From positions 2,752,001 through 2,816,000 of the forward strand of contig JASGJH010000001.1 in NCBI GenBank assembly GCA_047601445.1: DNA of 64,000 nt. Direction: 5' to 3'. This document shows, piece by piece, positions 47,431 through 57,492 of the stretch (position 1 is the first letter of the stretch; each line of letters opens with the position of its first letter). Both the position numbers and the translations under genes were made by a program. Source of the stretch: Myxococcales bacterium. Lineage in GTDB: Bacteria; Myxococcota_A; Polyangia; Polyangiales; DASUME01. The notes beneath the pieces were generated by a model that saw nothing but the letters and a program-made list of their open reading frames with translations, was not told where the DNA came from and did no database searches.

Positions 47431-48709
47431 GCGAACGCTTGTGAGCGTCGGGGCTCCACTCGTAGTGGAAGCGTGGGTCGTTCAAGAGATCTTGGTAGCT
47501 GCCGAAGACGGCGCGCGAATCGTGCACCGTGTCGAGCGGTTCGCGCTCGTCGATCGCACCGGGATTGGCGTCGAAGGTTCGGAGCACCTGGTAGCGTGTG
47601 CTGCGCTCCCCGGGCACGCGCCCGCTGTCGCGGATCAAGCGACGTAGGGTCCGCGGCGCGACCAACTGGCCGTGTTGAGCCCCCGCAGCGGTGGAAATGC
47701 TCTCGTTCATCAGGGTGCCGCCGAGGTCGTTGACCCCCGACGACAACAAGCTCTGAGCCGTGCGCAGCCCTTCCTTGACCCACGAAGCCTGGATGTTCTT
47801 GAAGGTCGCCCCGAGCATCAAGCGCGCCGTGGCGTACAGGCGCACGATGGCGTCGCCCGTGGGGCCCGCCGAGACCGCTCCATCCTGGTCTTCCAGGAAC
47901 AACGGGGCCTCCGCGTGCACGAAGGACAGCGGCACGAACTCCGTGAACCCGCCGCTGCGCTTCTGCAGGTCGCGCAGCAACGCCAGGTGAGCCACGCGAT
48001 CGCGCGCGGTCTCCACGTGCCCGAACATCATGGTGGACGTGGTCGGGATCCCGAGCTCGTGGGCGGTGGTGATCACGTCGATCCACTGCTGCGTGGAGAT
48101 CCGCCCGGGCGCGATGCGCGCGCGGATGCCGTCGTCCAGGATCTCGGCGGACGTGCCAGGCAAAGACCCGAGACCGGCCTCCTTGAGCTCGAGCAAGAAC
48201 TCCCGCACCGGCACCCGCGAGAGAGCGGCGCCGTACTTGATCTCCTCTGGCGAGAACGCATGGATATGGAGCTCGGGCAGGGCTCGCTTCACAGCGCGAA
48301 CGATCTCGACGTAGAGACGTCCCTGAGCCTCCGGCAACAAGCCGGCCTGGAGACAGACCTCCGTCGCCCCGAAGTCCCGCGCCTGTTGCGCGCGCCGCAC
48401 CACTTCCTCGGTGCTCAAGAGGTAGCCCTGTTCGCTGCGCAGATCGCGCGAGAACGCGCAGAACTTGCAGGCCTTCACGCAGACGTTGGTGAAGTTGATG
48501 TTGCGATTGACGACGTAGGTCACCACGTCCCCGACTTGCCGCGTGCGCAGCTCGTCGGCCACGGCGCCGAGCGCCAGGAGATCGCGCCCGCGGGCCGCAT
48601 CGAGCTCGAGCGCCGATTCCACGTCGAGCTCGCGCCCTTCCAGGCACGCCTCGAGCACCGCGCGCACGCGCGCAGATACCGGGCGGAGCAATCCTTCCAG
48701 CGCCGTCAT
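47414..48709 (-). CDS. cofH: FO synthase subunit CofH (radical SAM)
   Basis: TYVVNRNINFTNVCVKACKFCAFS, LPGTSAEILDD, GGFTEFVPLSF, NIQASWVKEG, NDLGGTLMNESISTAAG; ATG overlaps the cofG stop. Confidence 0.93.
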   Translation of the reverse strand: MTALEGLLRPVSARVRAVLEACLEGRELDVESALELDAARGRDLLALGAVADELRTRQVGDVVTYVVNRNINFTNVCVKACKFCAFSRDLRSEQGYLLSTEEVVRRAQQARDFGATEVCLQAGLLPEAQGRLYVEIVRAVKRALPELHIHAFSPEEIKYGAALSRVPVREFLLELKEAGLGSLPGTSAEILDDGIRARIAPGRISTQQWIDVITTAHELGIPTTSTMMFGHVETARDRVAHLALLRDLQKRSGGFTEFVPLSFVHAEAPLFLEDQDGAVSAGPTGDAIVRLYATARLMLGATFKNIQASWVKEGLRTAQSLLSSGVNDLGGTLMNESISTAAGAQHGQLVAPRTLRRLIRDSGRVPGERSTRYQVLRTFDANPGAIDEREPLDTVHDSRAVFGSYQDLLNDPRFHYEWSPDAHKRSLRVLS

Positions 48710-49995
48710 GGGGAAGCTCTCCCTGCTGGCTCGACCTCCGAGTTGGTGAGCCCCGGGCCCGCATCGCTCGCGAGGATCGGCAGCAGCCGCTCTCCTTGCT
48801 CCGGGGCCAGACGGTCCGCCCGCGTCACGCGCGCTAGGCGCTGACGCTCCCGCTCCAGGGTGTCGCGCAGGCGAGCGTCCACGAAGGCCTCGTCGGCGGC
48901 GAAGCGCGGGTAGATGGGCAAGCGCGGCGCAAGCGAGAATCCAAGCGCACCGCACTGCTCCGCAAGGCGCGCGAGGTGCGGCCAGGGATGGCCCGGGTTG
49001 ATGTAGTCCGGCGTGACGGGAGAGATGCCCCCGAAGTCGTTGATGCCCGCCTGGATCAGGAGCTCTGTGGCGTGGGGATTGAGGTTCGGCGGGGCTTGCA
49101 CGCTGACCTCGTCGGGCAGGATCAAGCGCGCCAAGGCCACCGCGTGGGCGATTTCGAGATCTTCGGGCTCGGGTGCGCTCGCCATCGGGGTCTCGGGCTT
49201 GGTGCGGAAGTTCTGCACGATGACTTCCTGGATGTGACCGTGCTCCGCGTGCAGCGCCCGGATGGCGAGCAGGCTCTGCACACGCTCGAGGCGCGTCTCC
49301 CCGATGCCGAGCAGGATGCCGCTGGTGAACGGAATCTTGAGCTCACCAGCCTCGCGCGTCATGCGCACGCGCAGCTCGGGTCGCTTGTCGCGAGCGCGGT
49401 GGTGGGGCATTCCCTTCTCGCAGAGGCGTGGGCTGATGTTCTCGAGCATCAAGCCGAAGCTCACGTTCAGCGGACGCAGACGCGACAGCTCGTCGCGGGT
49501 CAAGAGTCCCGCGTTCGTGTGCGGCAAGAGGTCGAGCGCGAGCGCCTGCTCCGCGGCCCAGGCCAGATAGTCCACCGTCGAGACGCAACCGAACTCGGCC
49601 AGCTCGCTGCGATAGCTCGGGAACACGCTCTCGGGTCGATCGCCGAGGCAGAACAGGGCCTCGCAAGCGCCGGCCTGTCGACCTCGATCGAGCCACTCAC
49701 GGACCTCGTGTGGGCGCATGGTCCAGGCTCCGGGATCGCCGGGTGAGCGTCGAAAGGAGCAGTAGTCGCAGACGTCGCGACAGAGGTTCGTGAGGGGCAG
49801 GAAGACCTTGGGCGAGAAGGTCAGCTGCGTACCGTAGGCGCGATTGCGGCGCGTCGCGGCGGCTTCGCACAGCGCCGGCAAGTCGGCGTGCGTGAGCTCG
49901 GCCAGCGCGAGCGCGTCTTGCTCGAGCAACAAGCCATCGAGAGCTCGCGTCAGCACCGCGGAGAGACTGCTCGGCATCGACGACGACGTTGCCAT
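48706..49995 (-). CDS. cofG: FO synthase subunit CofG (radical SAM)
   Basis: TFSPKVFLPLTNLCRDVCDYC, LPHTNAG, GLMLE, HIQEVIVQNF, QAPPNL, GISPVTPDYINPGHPWP, PRLPIYP. Confidence 0.95.
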   Translation of the reverse strand: MATSSSMPSSLSAVLTRALDGLLLEQDALALAELTHADLPALCEAAATRRNRAYGTQLTFSPKVFLPLTNLCRDVCDYCSFRRSPGDPGAWTMRPHEVREWLDRGRQAGACEALFCLGDRPESVFPSYRSELAEFGCVSTVDYLAWAAEQALALDLLPHTNAGLLTRDELSRLRPLNVSFGLMLENISPRLCEKGMPHHRARDKRPELRVRMTREAGELKIPFTSGILLGIGETRLERVQSLLAIRALHAEHGHIQEVIVQNFRTKPETPMASAPEPEDLEIAHAVALARLILPDEVSVQAPPNLNPHATELLIQAGINDFGGISPVTPDYINPGHPWPHLARLAEQCGALGFSLAPRLPIYPRFAADEAFVDARLRDTLERERQRLARVTRADRLAPEQGERLLPILASDAGPGLTNSEVEPAGRASP

Positions 49996-50133
49996 GGGCC
50001 CCAGGCCCCGTCCAGCCAGGCTCGGGCGGGCGCGCCACAGGTGCGGTGAGCCATGTTTTGGGGCTCGCCCCCCGAGCCGGACGAGACCCGGTGCGCGGCC
50101 TCTGGAAGCCTGCGGGGCGACCGCCGTTCGGAT

Positions 50134-51390
50134 ATGCTCGCGGCGATGTTCGCGCGACGCGTATGGCTGCTCTCGGCAGGTGTATTGCTCCTGGTCTCGA
50201 GCCTGTTCCTCGCGGCCTCCCAGGTGAATCAGCTCGAACGCCGTGAGCTCGAGCACGAGAGCCCGTGGCGCTCTTTGGCCGCGCTTGAGGGGCAGCCCGG
50301 CTCCACCCGCATCAGCGCGCGCCTCACCGAAGTCACGCTAGACGCGGGAGAGGAGGCCGTCTTCGAGCTGTGCTCACGCGATCAGCTCGCGAAAGAAGCT
50401 TGGGCCGATCGCCTGGACGTGATGGTTTGGCAACCCGATACGCAGCGGCTCGAGCTGAAGATTGCGCTCGACGCGCCCCACCTCGCACTCGGCAAGCGCG
50501 CGCCCGACCGCAGCTGCCTCACCTTGGGCGGCGGGCTCGTGCAGCGCGGCGGCAAGTACGCGGTGGACCTGGTCTGGGCGGGCAAACCTGTGCTCGCGGA
50601 GTCACAGCGAAACGTCCCCCTGAAGGCTCGCGTGCTGGCCAAACGCCCCCTGAACGCCCGCGACGCCTTGCTCGTGCTCGGCGCCGCGCTCGGGGCCCTG
50701 CTCAGCGTACTGGCCGGTTTTGCCAACCCGGAGCCGCGACACGAGAGCGCGCGGCGCGGCCCCATCTGGGCGCTTGCGGCGAGCATTTTGGCGAGCGTGC
50801 TCACCGTGCTGGCCACACGTCTCCCGCTGTCCGGTGCGGTCGGCGGCCTGGTCCGCGGACTCTTGCTGGCAGCCATCCAAGTCGGCATCGCGTGGGCCTT
50901 CGCGCGCCTCATCTACAAGCTCCCACGCGCGGGCCTTTCCCTCTATGCGCCCGAGCGTCACGTGGGCGCCTGGCTGTTCGGTGCCATGGCGGCGGCCCTT
51001 TGTCTGCGCCCCATGGCGCGCCTGGCCCTCGCGCTGATTCCGGCCACCGGCGAAGCGCCCATCGAGGCCTTCATTTCCTGGCCGAGCGGTGCTCTCGCCT
51101 TCGCCGCCCTGGGCATGGTTGTTCCCCTGGCGGAGGAGCTGTTCTTCCGCGGCCTGGTCTACGGTGCACTGGTCCCGCTCGGGCGTACCGCGGCCATCGT
51201 GGTGACGACACTGCTGTTTGCAGCGGTGCACGCACCGCAGACCTGGGGCAACTGGGGCGCCCTGTTGGCCGTCACGGTCACCGGCGCTGTCCTGACCTGC
51301 CTGCGGGCGGTCTCTGGCTCGGCCTTGGTGCCGGCCGTCGCCCACCTCCTGTACAACCTCACACTCTGGAGCGACTCCTTTCGTGGTTGA
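50134..51390 (+). CDS. CPBP (Abi/CAAX) family intramembrane metalloprotease with N-terminal extracytoplasmic domain
   Basis: PLAEELFFRG, LFAAVH, AHLLYN motifs; multiple TM segments; start approximate. Confidence 0.88.
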   Translation: MLAAMFARRVWLLSAGVLLLVSSLFLAASQVNQLERRELEHESPWRSLAALEGQPGSTRISARLTEVTLDAGEEAVFELCSRDQLAKEAWADRLDVMVWQPDTQRLELKIALDAPHLALGKRAPDRSCLTLGGGLVQRGGKYAVDLVWAGKPVLAESQRNVPLKARVLAKRPLNARDALLVLGAALGALLSVLAGFANPEPRHESARRGPIWALAASILASVLTVLATRLPLSGAVGGLVRGLLLAAIQVGIAWAFARLIYKLPRAGLSLYAPERHVGAWLFGAMAAALCLRPMARLALALIPATGEAPIEAFISWPSGALAFAALGMVVPLAEELFFRGLVYGALVPLGRTAAIVVTTLLFAAVHAPQTWGNWGALLAVTVTGAVLTCLRAVSGSALVPAVAHLLYNLTLWSDSFRG

Positions 51391-51466
51391 GCTCGCAAGC
51401 GCGGGCCCCGGGCGGTGCGCCTGCGAGGTGCGCGCTTCGGCGGCTCGCACTATGGTGGTCGCGGCC

Positions 51467-52159
51467 ATGTCGCAACGCGGCGTTCTCTCGCATCCCCCCG
51501 TCATCGAGGTCGATCTGCTGGCGGACCACGCGCCTGCGCGGACCGAGGCGAGTTTCCTGTGGGTACGCCATGTCACGCTGCAGAACCGCTACGCGGATGG
51601 GCACCGCAGCAAGGCCTACGAGTACTTCATGGTGGAGCGCACCCTGCTCGACGCGGTCGCCATCGTGCTCTTTCGACGCGACGATGCGGGCGGCGTCGAG
51701 GTCGTGCTGCGCTCGCAGCTGCGGCCACCGCTCGCCTTTCGGCACACCTACGATGTCCCGTTGCTGGCTCCGGGCACGGGCGCAGTGCAGTGGGAAATCC
51801 CGGCAGGCCTGATCGAGCTCGGCGAGCGCGGTGAGGCGGGCCTGTTTCGACGCGCCAGCGCGGAGGTGCTCGAAGAGGTCGGATTCGTATTGCCACCCGA
51901 GCGTTTCTCGATGCTGGGACCCGCCTCCAGCTTGAGTCCTGGACTGTTGGCCGAGAAGCTGCATTTCGTGTGCGCCGAGCTGCGAGCCGGGGACCAACGC
52001 GTCAGCGCAGCTGGCGACGGACATGCCGTGGAGGAGGGATCCGTCAGCGTGTTCGTTCCGCTCGCCGAAGCCGTGGCCGCCGTGGATGCGGGCTTGGTGC
52101 ACGACGTGAAGACCGAAGTAGGCCTCGCGCGCCTGGCGCGTTTGGTCGGAGCTCCGTGA
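51467..52159 (+). CDS. NUDIX hydrolase (ADP-ribose pyrophosphatase-like)
   Basis: WEIPAGLIE...ASAEVLEEVG variant Nudix box, SPG...E, DVKT. Confidence 0.82.
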   Translation: MSQRGVLSHPPVIEVDLLADHAPARTEASFLWVRHVTLQNRYADGHRSKAYEYFMVERTLLDAVAIVLFRRDDAGGVEVVLRSQLRPPLAFRHTYDVPLLAPGTGAVQWEIPAGLIELGERGEAGLFRRASAEVLEEVGFVLPPERFSMLGPASSLSPGLLAEKLHFVCAELRAGDQRVSAAGDGHAVEEGSVSVFVPLAEAVAAVDAGLVHDVKTEVGLARLARLVGAP

Positions 52160-53133
52160 TGGCGCGCGCCAAGAAAATCGTCCGCCCGAGCCGCCCTCGG
52201 GCCAAGATCGAGAAGTCCCCTCGCGCGCGTCGCAGCGTAAAGAGCGCGCCGCGGGTGTTGGTGATCTACAAGAAGTCGACCTATCAGCTCTGGGTCTCCG
52301 AGCGCAAGAACCCCCACGCGCGGGCGCTGCTCAAGCGCAAGGACCGCTCCGTGGAGCGCATGTTGGCCGCCCACGAAGACCACGTGCACACCATCCAAGC
52401 TGCGCGCGGCATCCTCGACGACCTCGGGGTCGATGCCGTCTTCCGCTACCGGGCCGACGCCGACCGCGCCGAGAATTTCGATCTGGTGATCACGCTCGGC
52501 GGCGATGGCACGCTGCTCTGGGCGTCTCACCTGGTGGGCAAGCAGCCGATGCTTGCCATCAACACGGCTCCCCAGGACAGCATCGGCTACTTCTGCGGCG
52601 GCACCAAGGACACGCTCGAAGAGTCGCTGCGCGCCGCCGTCGAAGGCACCCTGCCCGCCCACCAGCTCACGCGCATGCAAATCGCGCTCGATGGCGACGT
52701 CCTCTCGCGTCGCGTCCTCAACGACGTGCTGTTCTGCCACGAGTGTCCCGCGGCCACGACGCGCTACCTGATCCGCCACGGCCAGCGTGAAGAGGACCAG
52801 CGTTCGAGCGGCGTCTGGGTAGGTCCGGCGGCGGGCTCCACGGCGGCCCAGCGCTCGGCGGGCGGCAAAGTCTTGCCCCTCGACTCCAGCCAAATGCAGT
52901 TCGTGGTGCGCGAACCCTACATGCCCAACGGCACCCGCTACGGCTTGGTGAGGGGTCTCTTGGGGCCCGACGAAGAGCTCCAGATCACCAGCAAGATCCA
53001 CGGGGGTAGGCTGTACGTGGATGGCCCACATCTTCGACGCAAGGTGGACCTCGGCAGCATCATCATGCTGAAGCGCTCTCCCGAACCGCTCACCCTGCTT
53101 GGCTTTCGGGCTCGACGACGCCCTTCGGGGTGA
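52159..53133 (+). CDS. nadK: NAD kinase
   Basis: LGGDGTLL, VLND, SSG...AAGSTA...SAGG; start overlaps the NUDIX stop (TGATG). Confidence 0.88.
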   Translation: MARAKKIVRPSRPRAKIEKSPRARRSVKSAPRVLVIYKKSTYQLWVSERKNPHARALLKRKDRSVERMLAAHEDHVHTIQAARGILDDLGVDAVFRYRADADRAENFDLVITLGGDGTLLWASHLVGKQPMLAINTAPQDSIGYFCGGTKDTLEESLRAAVEGTLPAHQLTRMQIALDGDVLSRRVLNDVLFCHECPAATTRYLIRHGQREEDQRSSGVWVGPAAGSTAAQRSAGGKVLPLDSSQMQFVVREPYMPNGTRYGLVRGLLGPDEELQITSKIHGGRLYVDGPHLRRKVDLGSIIMLKRSPEPLTLLGFRARRRPSG

Positions 53134-53340
53134 ATCGCGCAGAGCCTGCGCAAGTCGGTAAAGTCTGCTCGGGGGGCGTGCAGTCTTGACCACACCGTGA
53201 AATGAATTTCGCGGTCGGACGTGACGCAGCGTAAGACCTTACTCAGCGCCAACGGGCCATTTCTCCAGAAACAAGCGGTTTTCGAGCTCTAGCGGTGCCT
53301 CACCCCGACTCGGGCATGGAACCTGCTTTGCCGCTGACCC

Positions 53341-54354
53341 ATGCGAATCACGCGCACTCGTCTCCTCATTCTCCTTTCGACGCTCCTGACCATCCTCCCC
53401 ACGACTGCCTGGGCGGCCGACGTCGCCATCTTCCCGGCCGAGACCAGCAACCTCGCCCCCGCAGACAACCTGGCGGTGGGTGAATTGCTTGCCCAGGCCT
53501 ACGCCGGCGTGTCCCGGCAGGCCGTGCTGTCCCCGGTCCGCACCGAGTATGCGGTCGCGCATGCCACTACCTACGAGGGCGCGGCCCAGAGCCTCGGGGT
53601 CACGGAGTACGTTCGGACGAGCACGCTGGCGGTGGGTCGCCTGATCGTCATCACGGCCACTCGCTACACCTCGGACGGCACCTTCGTCTACCAGTCCAAG
53701 ATGACGGCGCACTCCATGGAAGACTTGCCCGCCATCAGCGACCGCATGGCCAAGGCGCTCTGGCATCGCGTGGACGACTCCGAGGTCCGCACCCGCGACA
53801 ACGTGGTGCAGGACGAAGCGCGCGTGAAGCCGCGCGTCGCCAGCGAGAAGGTGTTCGGCTTCAAGACGGGTGTCTACTTCCCCATGGCGCGGGGCGCCAA
53901 GTTCGACACCTCGATCGGTCTGCAGTTCGATATCCGCTTCGAGATGGACCGCTTCTTCCTCGAGTTCGCCGCGGGCTTCATCTTTCCGACCAGCTTCGCC
54001 GATAACACCTGCAGCAGCTACGACGAGAGCGCCGGCTACTGCACCGGCAGCGACCGCAAGCACGGTACCGTGGGCGGCTTCACGGGTGAAATCGGCGCCA
54101 GCTACTTCCTCACCAACGGCAACGCCGCGCCTTACATCGGTATTGGCTTGATTCCGCGCCTCACGGTGGACATCAACAACGACGTCGCGAACATGCTCGC
54201 CTACGCGCAGCTCGGCATCATGTTGCCACGCGATTCTTCGATCCGGTTCTACGGTGACTTCCGCGCGTCGCAGGGCTTGCTCGAGACTCATCTCGAGAAC
54301 GGCGCCGGGGTGCACACCACCGAGCTGACCCTCCACGTGGGCTTCGGCTGGTGA
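53341..54354 (+). CDS. Exported protein with C-terminal outer-membrane beta-barrel
   Basis: Signal peptide AWA-A, alternating beta strands, PYIGIG, terminal aromatic residue (VGFGW). Confidence 0.75.
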   Translation: MRITRTRLLILLSTLLTILPTTAWAADVAIFPAETSNLAPADNLAVGELLAQAYAGVSRQAVLSPVRTEYAVAHATTYEGAAQSLGVTEYVRTSTLAVGRLIVITATRYTSDGTFVYQSKMTAHSMEDLPAISDRMAKALWHRVDDSEVRTRDNVVQDEARVKPRVASEKVFGFKTGVYFPMARGAKFDTSIGLQFDIRFEMDRFFLEFAAGFIFPTSFADNTCSSYDESAGYCTGSDRKHGTVGGFTGEIGASYFLTNGNAAPYIGIGLIPRLTVDINNDVANMLAYAQLGIMLPRDSSIRFYGDFRASQGLLETHLENGAGVHTTELTLHVGFGW

Positions 54355-54391
54355 TCGCGCGGGCCTCGGAGCGGACGGCTACCGGGCGCCC

Positions 54392-54979
54392 CTAGAGTCC
54401 CTCGAGGTCCTGCGGTCCATCGACGTCGAAGCACAAGCCTGGCGCGCGCAGCACGCGGACCTCGCAGCCATGGGCCTCGGCCCGCGCGAGGTGCTGCTGA
54501 AAGCTATCGCCGCGACCGAAGCAGCTGGCGAACAAGGTGGGCGGCTTGAGTGCGAGGACGTTGGTGCCGGCCTCGCCGCCGTCCGGTGACACCGCCACCG
54601 GCGCGCTTTTCAGGGCCTCGACGACGGTGCGGATTTCATCCGCCGCCAGGTGCGGCAAATCCGCCATGCAAACCAGGGCAGCCTCGGCACCGAGCGCAGC
54701 CGCGCGCGCGAGACCCGCGTCGATGATTTGCGCGAGTGTGAAGCCGGGAGCATCGCGCAAGACCTGGGCCCCGCGTGCGAGGGCCAGCGCTTCGACTTCG
54801 GGGTCGTCGGTAAGCACGAGCACGTTGGCGAGGGTCGGCACCTGCTGCAGCGTGCTCACGACGTGCTCGAAGAGTCCCCGCGCGAAGGCGGCTCGCACGG
54901 GGTCGCTGAGCACCTCACCCAGGCGCGATTTGGCGCGCTGGAACCCCTTGGCAGGCAGCACCGCCCAGATGGCACTCAC
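54392..54979 (-). CDS. cofC: Phospholactate/PEP guanylyltransferase CofC (FbiD)
   Basis: [45 protein letters not shown]. Confidence 0.93.
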   Translation of the reverse strand: MSAIWAVLPAKGFQRAKSRLGEVLSDPVRAAFARGLFEHVVSTLQQVPTLANVLVLTDDPEVEALALARGAQVLRDAPGFTLAQIIDAGLARAAALGAEAALVCMADLPHLAADEIRTVVEALKSAPVAVSPDGGEAGTNVLALKPPTLFASCFGRGDSFQQHLARAEAHGCEVRVLRAPGLCFDVDGPQDLEGL

Positions 54980-55899
54980 CGGAGCCCCTCCACGAAGGCG
55001 AGTACCTCGCGCGCGAGGCGCAAGCGGTCCGCTTTGCCGCCCATCACGGTGGAGGCGGCGTAGCTCGGGATGGACAGGCCGTGCTCGTCACCATGCTCGA
55101 CCACGATGCCCGACAGCAGCCCTGCGTAGTGCTCCACGATCGCCGCGGGCGACGCCACGCGGTGCGCGAGTCTCGGGATCATCTCGGCCAGTGGGCCCTT
55201 CACTGCGCGGCCACCGACGATCGGTGACACCGTGACGACGAGCTTGTCCTGCAGCGCATCGCGCACGCCTCCGAGGGTCAAGATCGGATCCACCGACACA
55301 TAGGGATTGGAGGGGCCGATCAGCACCAGCTCCGCCTCCGCCAGGGCCGTCAACACCCGCGCGCTCGCCTGGGCCTCACCGCGGAAGCGCACGGAACGCA
55401 CGCTGGGCGCGCGATGCTCCACGAGCCAGCGCTGAAAGGGCAGCTCTCCGTGCTCGAGCGTGTCGATCCAGGTGGGTCTGGGGGCGTCGCACATCGGGAG
55501 CACACGCGGCTTCACGCCATGGAGCTCGAACAAGCGCGCGGTCACCGAGCTCAAAGACTCCCCCGCCGCCAATGCCTGCGTTCTCAGGAGGTGCGTGGCC
55601 AGGTCGCGATCGCCGAGCCCAAACCAGGCGTCGGCACCCAGCTCGCGCATGCGTTCGAGGGTACGGAAGGATTCGTCGCGCAGGCCCCAGCCGCGGGCTT
55701 CGTCGGCCACGTCGGCCAACGTGTACATCACGGTGTCGAGATCCGGGCAGATCGTGAGGCCCCAGTGGGTGAAGTCATCGCCAGTGTTGACCACGACCGT
55801 GAGCGATTCCGGGGCCAGCGCCTGGGCGACCCCGTGCAACAGGCGGGCGCCACCCACGCCTCCCGAGAGAAACACGACGCGATGAAATGGCGCGCTCAT
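54976..55899 (-). CDS. cofD: 2-phospho-L-lactate transferase CofD (FbiA)
   Basis: [66 protein letters not shown]. Confidence 0.96.
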   Translation of the reverse strand: MSAPFHRVVFLSGGVGGARLLHGVAQALAPESLTVVVNTGDDFTHWGLTICPDLDTVMYTLADVADEARGWGLRDESFRTLERMRELGADAWFGLGDRDLATHLLRTQALAAGESLSSVTARLFELHGVKPRVLPMCDAPRPTWIDTLEHGELPFQRWLVEHRAPSVRSVRFRGEAQASARVLTALAEAELVLIGPSNPYVSVDPILTLGGVRDALQDKLVVTVSPIVGGRAVKGPLAEMIPRLAHRVASPAAIVEHYAGLLSGIVVEHGDEHGLSIPSYAASTVMGGKADRLRLAREVLAFVEGLR

Positions 55900-56708
55900 G
55901 CGTACAAATCCTGCTTGGGCGTGCGCAACAGCTCGCTGGCACGCGACTCGACCGCATGAAAGGAGAGGCCCCGCACCAGCACCACCGGCCTCGCTTCATC
56001 GGCCTGGCCGGCCACCAAGTCGGCCGCAGCAGCCACCTGGTCCGCGAGCGCGGTGAGCGTGGACTCGAGCTTGCGACCATCGAGATCGGCGCGTCCGATT
56101 TGGTTGTGAAGGGCTGGCAAGCCGGAGACGCCGAGCGCGATGCCCACCGTGCCCTGACGAAAGGGGCGACCATGCGAATCGCTGACCACCACTCCGAGCG
56201 ACACGTCGTAGCGACGCTCGAGGGCCTCGCGGGTGCGTTGTGCGCAGCGATCTGGGTCCTCGGGCAACAGCAGCGCCCAGGGGCCCTCGCCCGTATGGGA
56301 GCTCTGCGGAGGTAGCGCGTTGCTGAGGTCGATGCCCGCGTTGGCCGACACGAAGCCGAGTCGATGGCGCACGATGATCACGTTGGGCGCGGTACGCGAG
56401 ACCTCGGTGCTCTCACGCAAGATGAGCTGCACCAAACGGGCATCCTTGCCCACCTCGCGCGCGAGCTGTTCGGCCTGAATGTCCGGCTCGATGGTCGACA
56501 CGTCCACGAAGCGACCTTCGGCGCGCGAGAACAGCTTGGACGTCACCACCAGCACATCGCCCTGCTGCAGCGAGATCTCCGCGCGCTCGAGCGCCGCCAT
56601 GATCAGTCCCGGCACGTCGTCGCCCGGCGCGACGCGCGGAATACCCGAAAGCGCGGTAAGCGTCAGGCTGCTGGCGCAGCTCACGGCAGGCTGTTGGGCC
56701 TGGCTCAC
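55896..56708 (-). CDS. cofE: Coenzyme F420-0:L-glutamate ligase CofE
   Basis: [61 protein letters not shown]. Confidence 0.96.
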   Translation of the reverse strand: MSQAQQPAVSCASSLTLTALSGIPRVAPGDDVPGLIMAALERAEISLQQGDVLVVTSKLFSRAEGRFVDVSTIEPDIQAEQLAREVGKDARLVQLILRESTEVSRTAPNVIIVRHRLGFVSANAGIDLSNALPPQSSHTGEGPWALLLPEDPDRCAQRTREALERRYDVSLGVVVSDSHGRPFRQGTVGIALGVSGLPALHNQIGRADLDGRKLESTLTALADQVAAAADLVAGQADEARPVVLVRGLSFHAVESRASELLRTPKQDLYA

Positions 56709-57361
56709 GATTGCCCGGGCAGTCCGATGATGCGGATGCCGGCCCCGTCGCTATGGTAACGCTTGTTCAGATACAAGAGCACCGGCGTCAGGCTCTCGAG
56801 GGCCACGGCGTTACGCAGGGGACCCGCGTCATAGGCGCGCAAGCCGAGATCCGACACCAAAGCGATGGTGACGTCTTTGCTGGGTAGATCGTCTCCGCAT
56901 ACCAAAACGTCACAAGCGAACTCATGCGAGTGGTCTCCCAGGTGCGACGAGCTGACGTGATGCAGAGTGGCCACCAACCGCACCTCGCCTCCCAGGATTT
57001 CCGCGGCCTCTTGGGCCGCAGAGACACCCTTGGGCAGATGAACCTCGCGCACCTTGGGCGGAGCCAGGGGCACGGTGATGTCGATCACCAGCTTGCCCAC
57101 CAGGTCGGCCTTGAGCTCGCGGAGGGTGTCGGCGTGGGCTCCGTAGGGCACGCACAGCACCACCACATCGGCGTCCTGCACGATGGATTGGTTGTCGCCA
57201 CCTGTGATGACGACGCCGGCGGTCTGCGAGAGCTCCTTGGCCTTTTCGACGGCGCGCGCAGCATCGCGGGAACCCACGGAGACCACGTGCCCTGCCTTGG
57301 CCCAACGCACGCTCAGGCCCGTTCCTTCCCGCCCAGTTCCACCGACCAACCCGAGTTTCAT
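56705..57361 (-). CDS. npdG: F420H2:NADP+ oxidoreductase (Fno)
   Basis: [62 protein letters not shown]...AGIRI. Confidence 0.93.
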   Translation of the reverse strand: MKLGLVGGTGREGTGLSVRWAKAGHVVSVGSRDAARAVEKAKELSQTAGVVITGGDNQSIVQDADVVVLCVPYGAHADTLRELKADLVGKLVIDITVPLAPPKVREVHLPKGVSAAQEAAEILGGEVRLVATLHHVSSSHLGDHSHEFACDVLVCGDDLPSKDVTIALVSDLGLRAYDAGPLRNAVALESLTPVLLYLNKRYHSDGAGIRIIGLPGQS

Positions 57362-57492
57362 GGGTGCACTTTCTTCCGCAAATTTCGCCCACCTAGGTGA
57401 GCTATCCGTGTTCTGCTTACGCGACTGAATCGTGAGTGTAGCGCAGCATGTCGCCTTCCGGGTCGCACGCTGCCGAGGGCTCAGGAGAAGGC

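Noticed and set aside
47414..49995. Radical SAM pair as menaquinone futalosine enzymes MqnC/MqnE
   Set aside because: CofG-specific (QAPPNL, SPVTPDYINP..PWP) and CofH-specific (SWVKEG, GTLMNESIS) motifs plus nearby cofCDE favour FO synthase.
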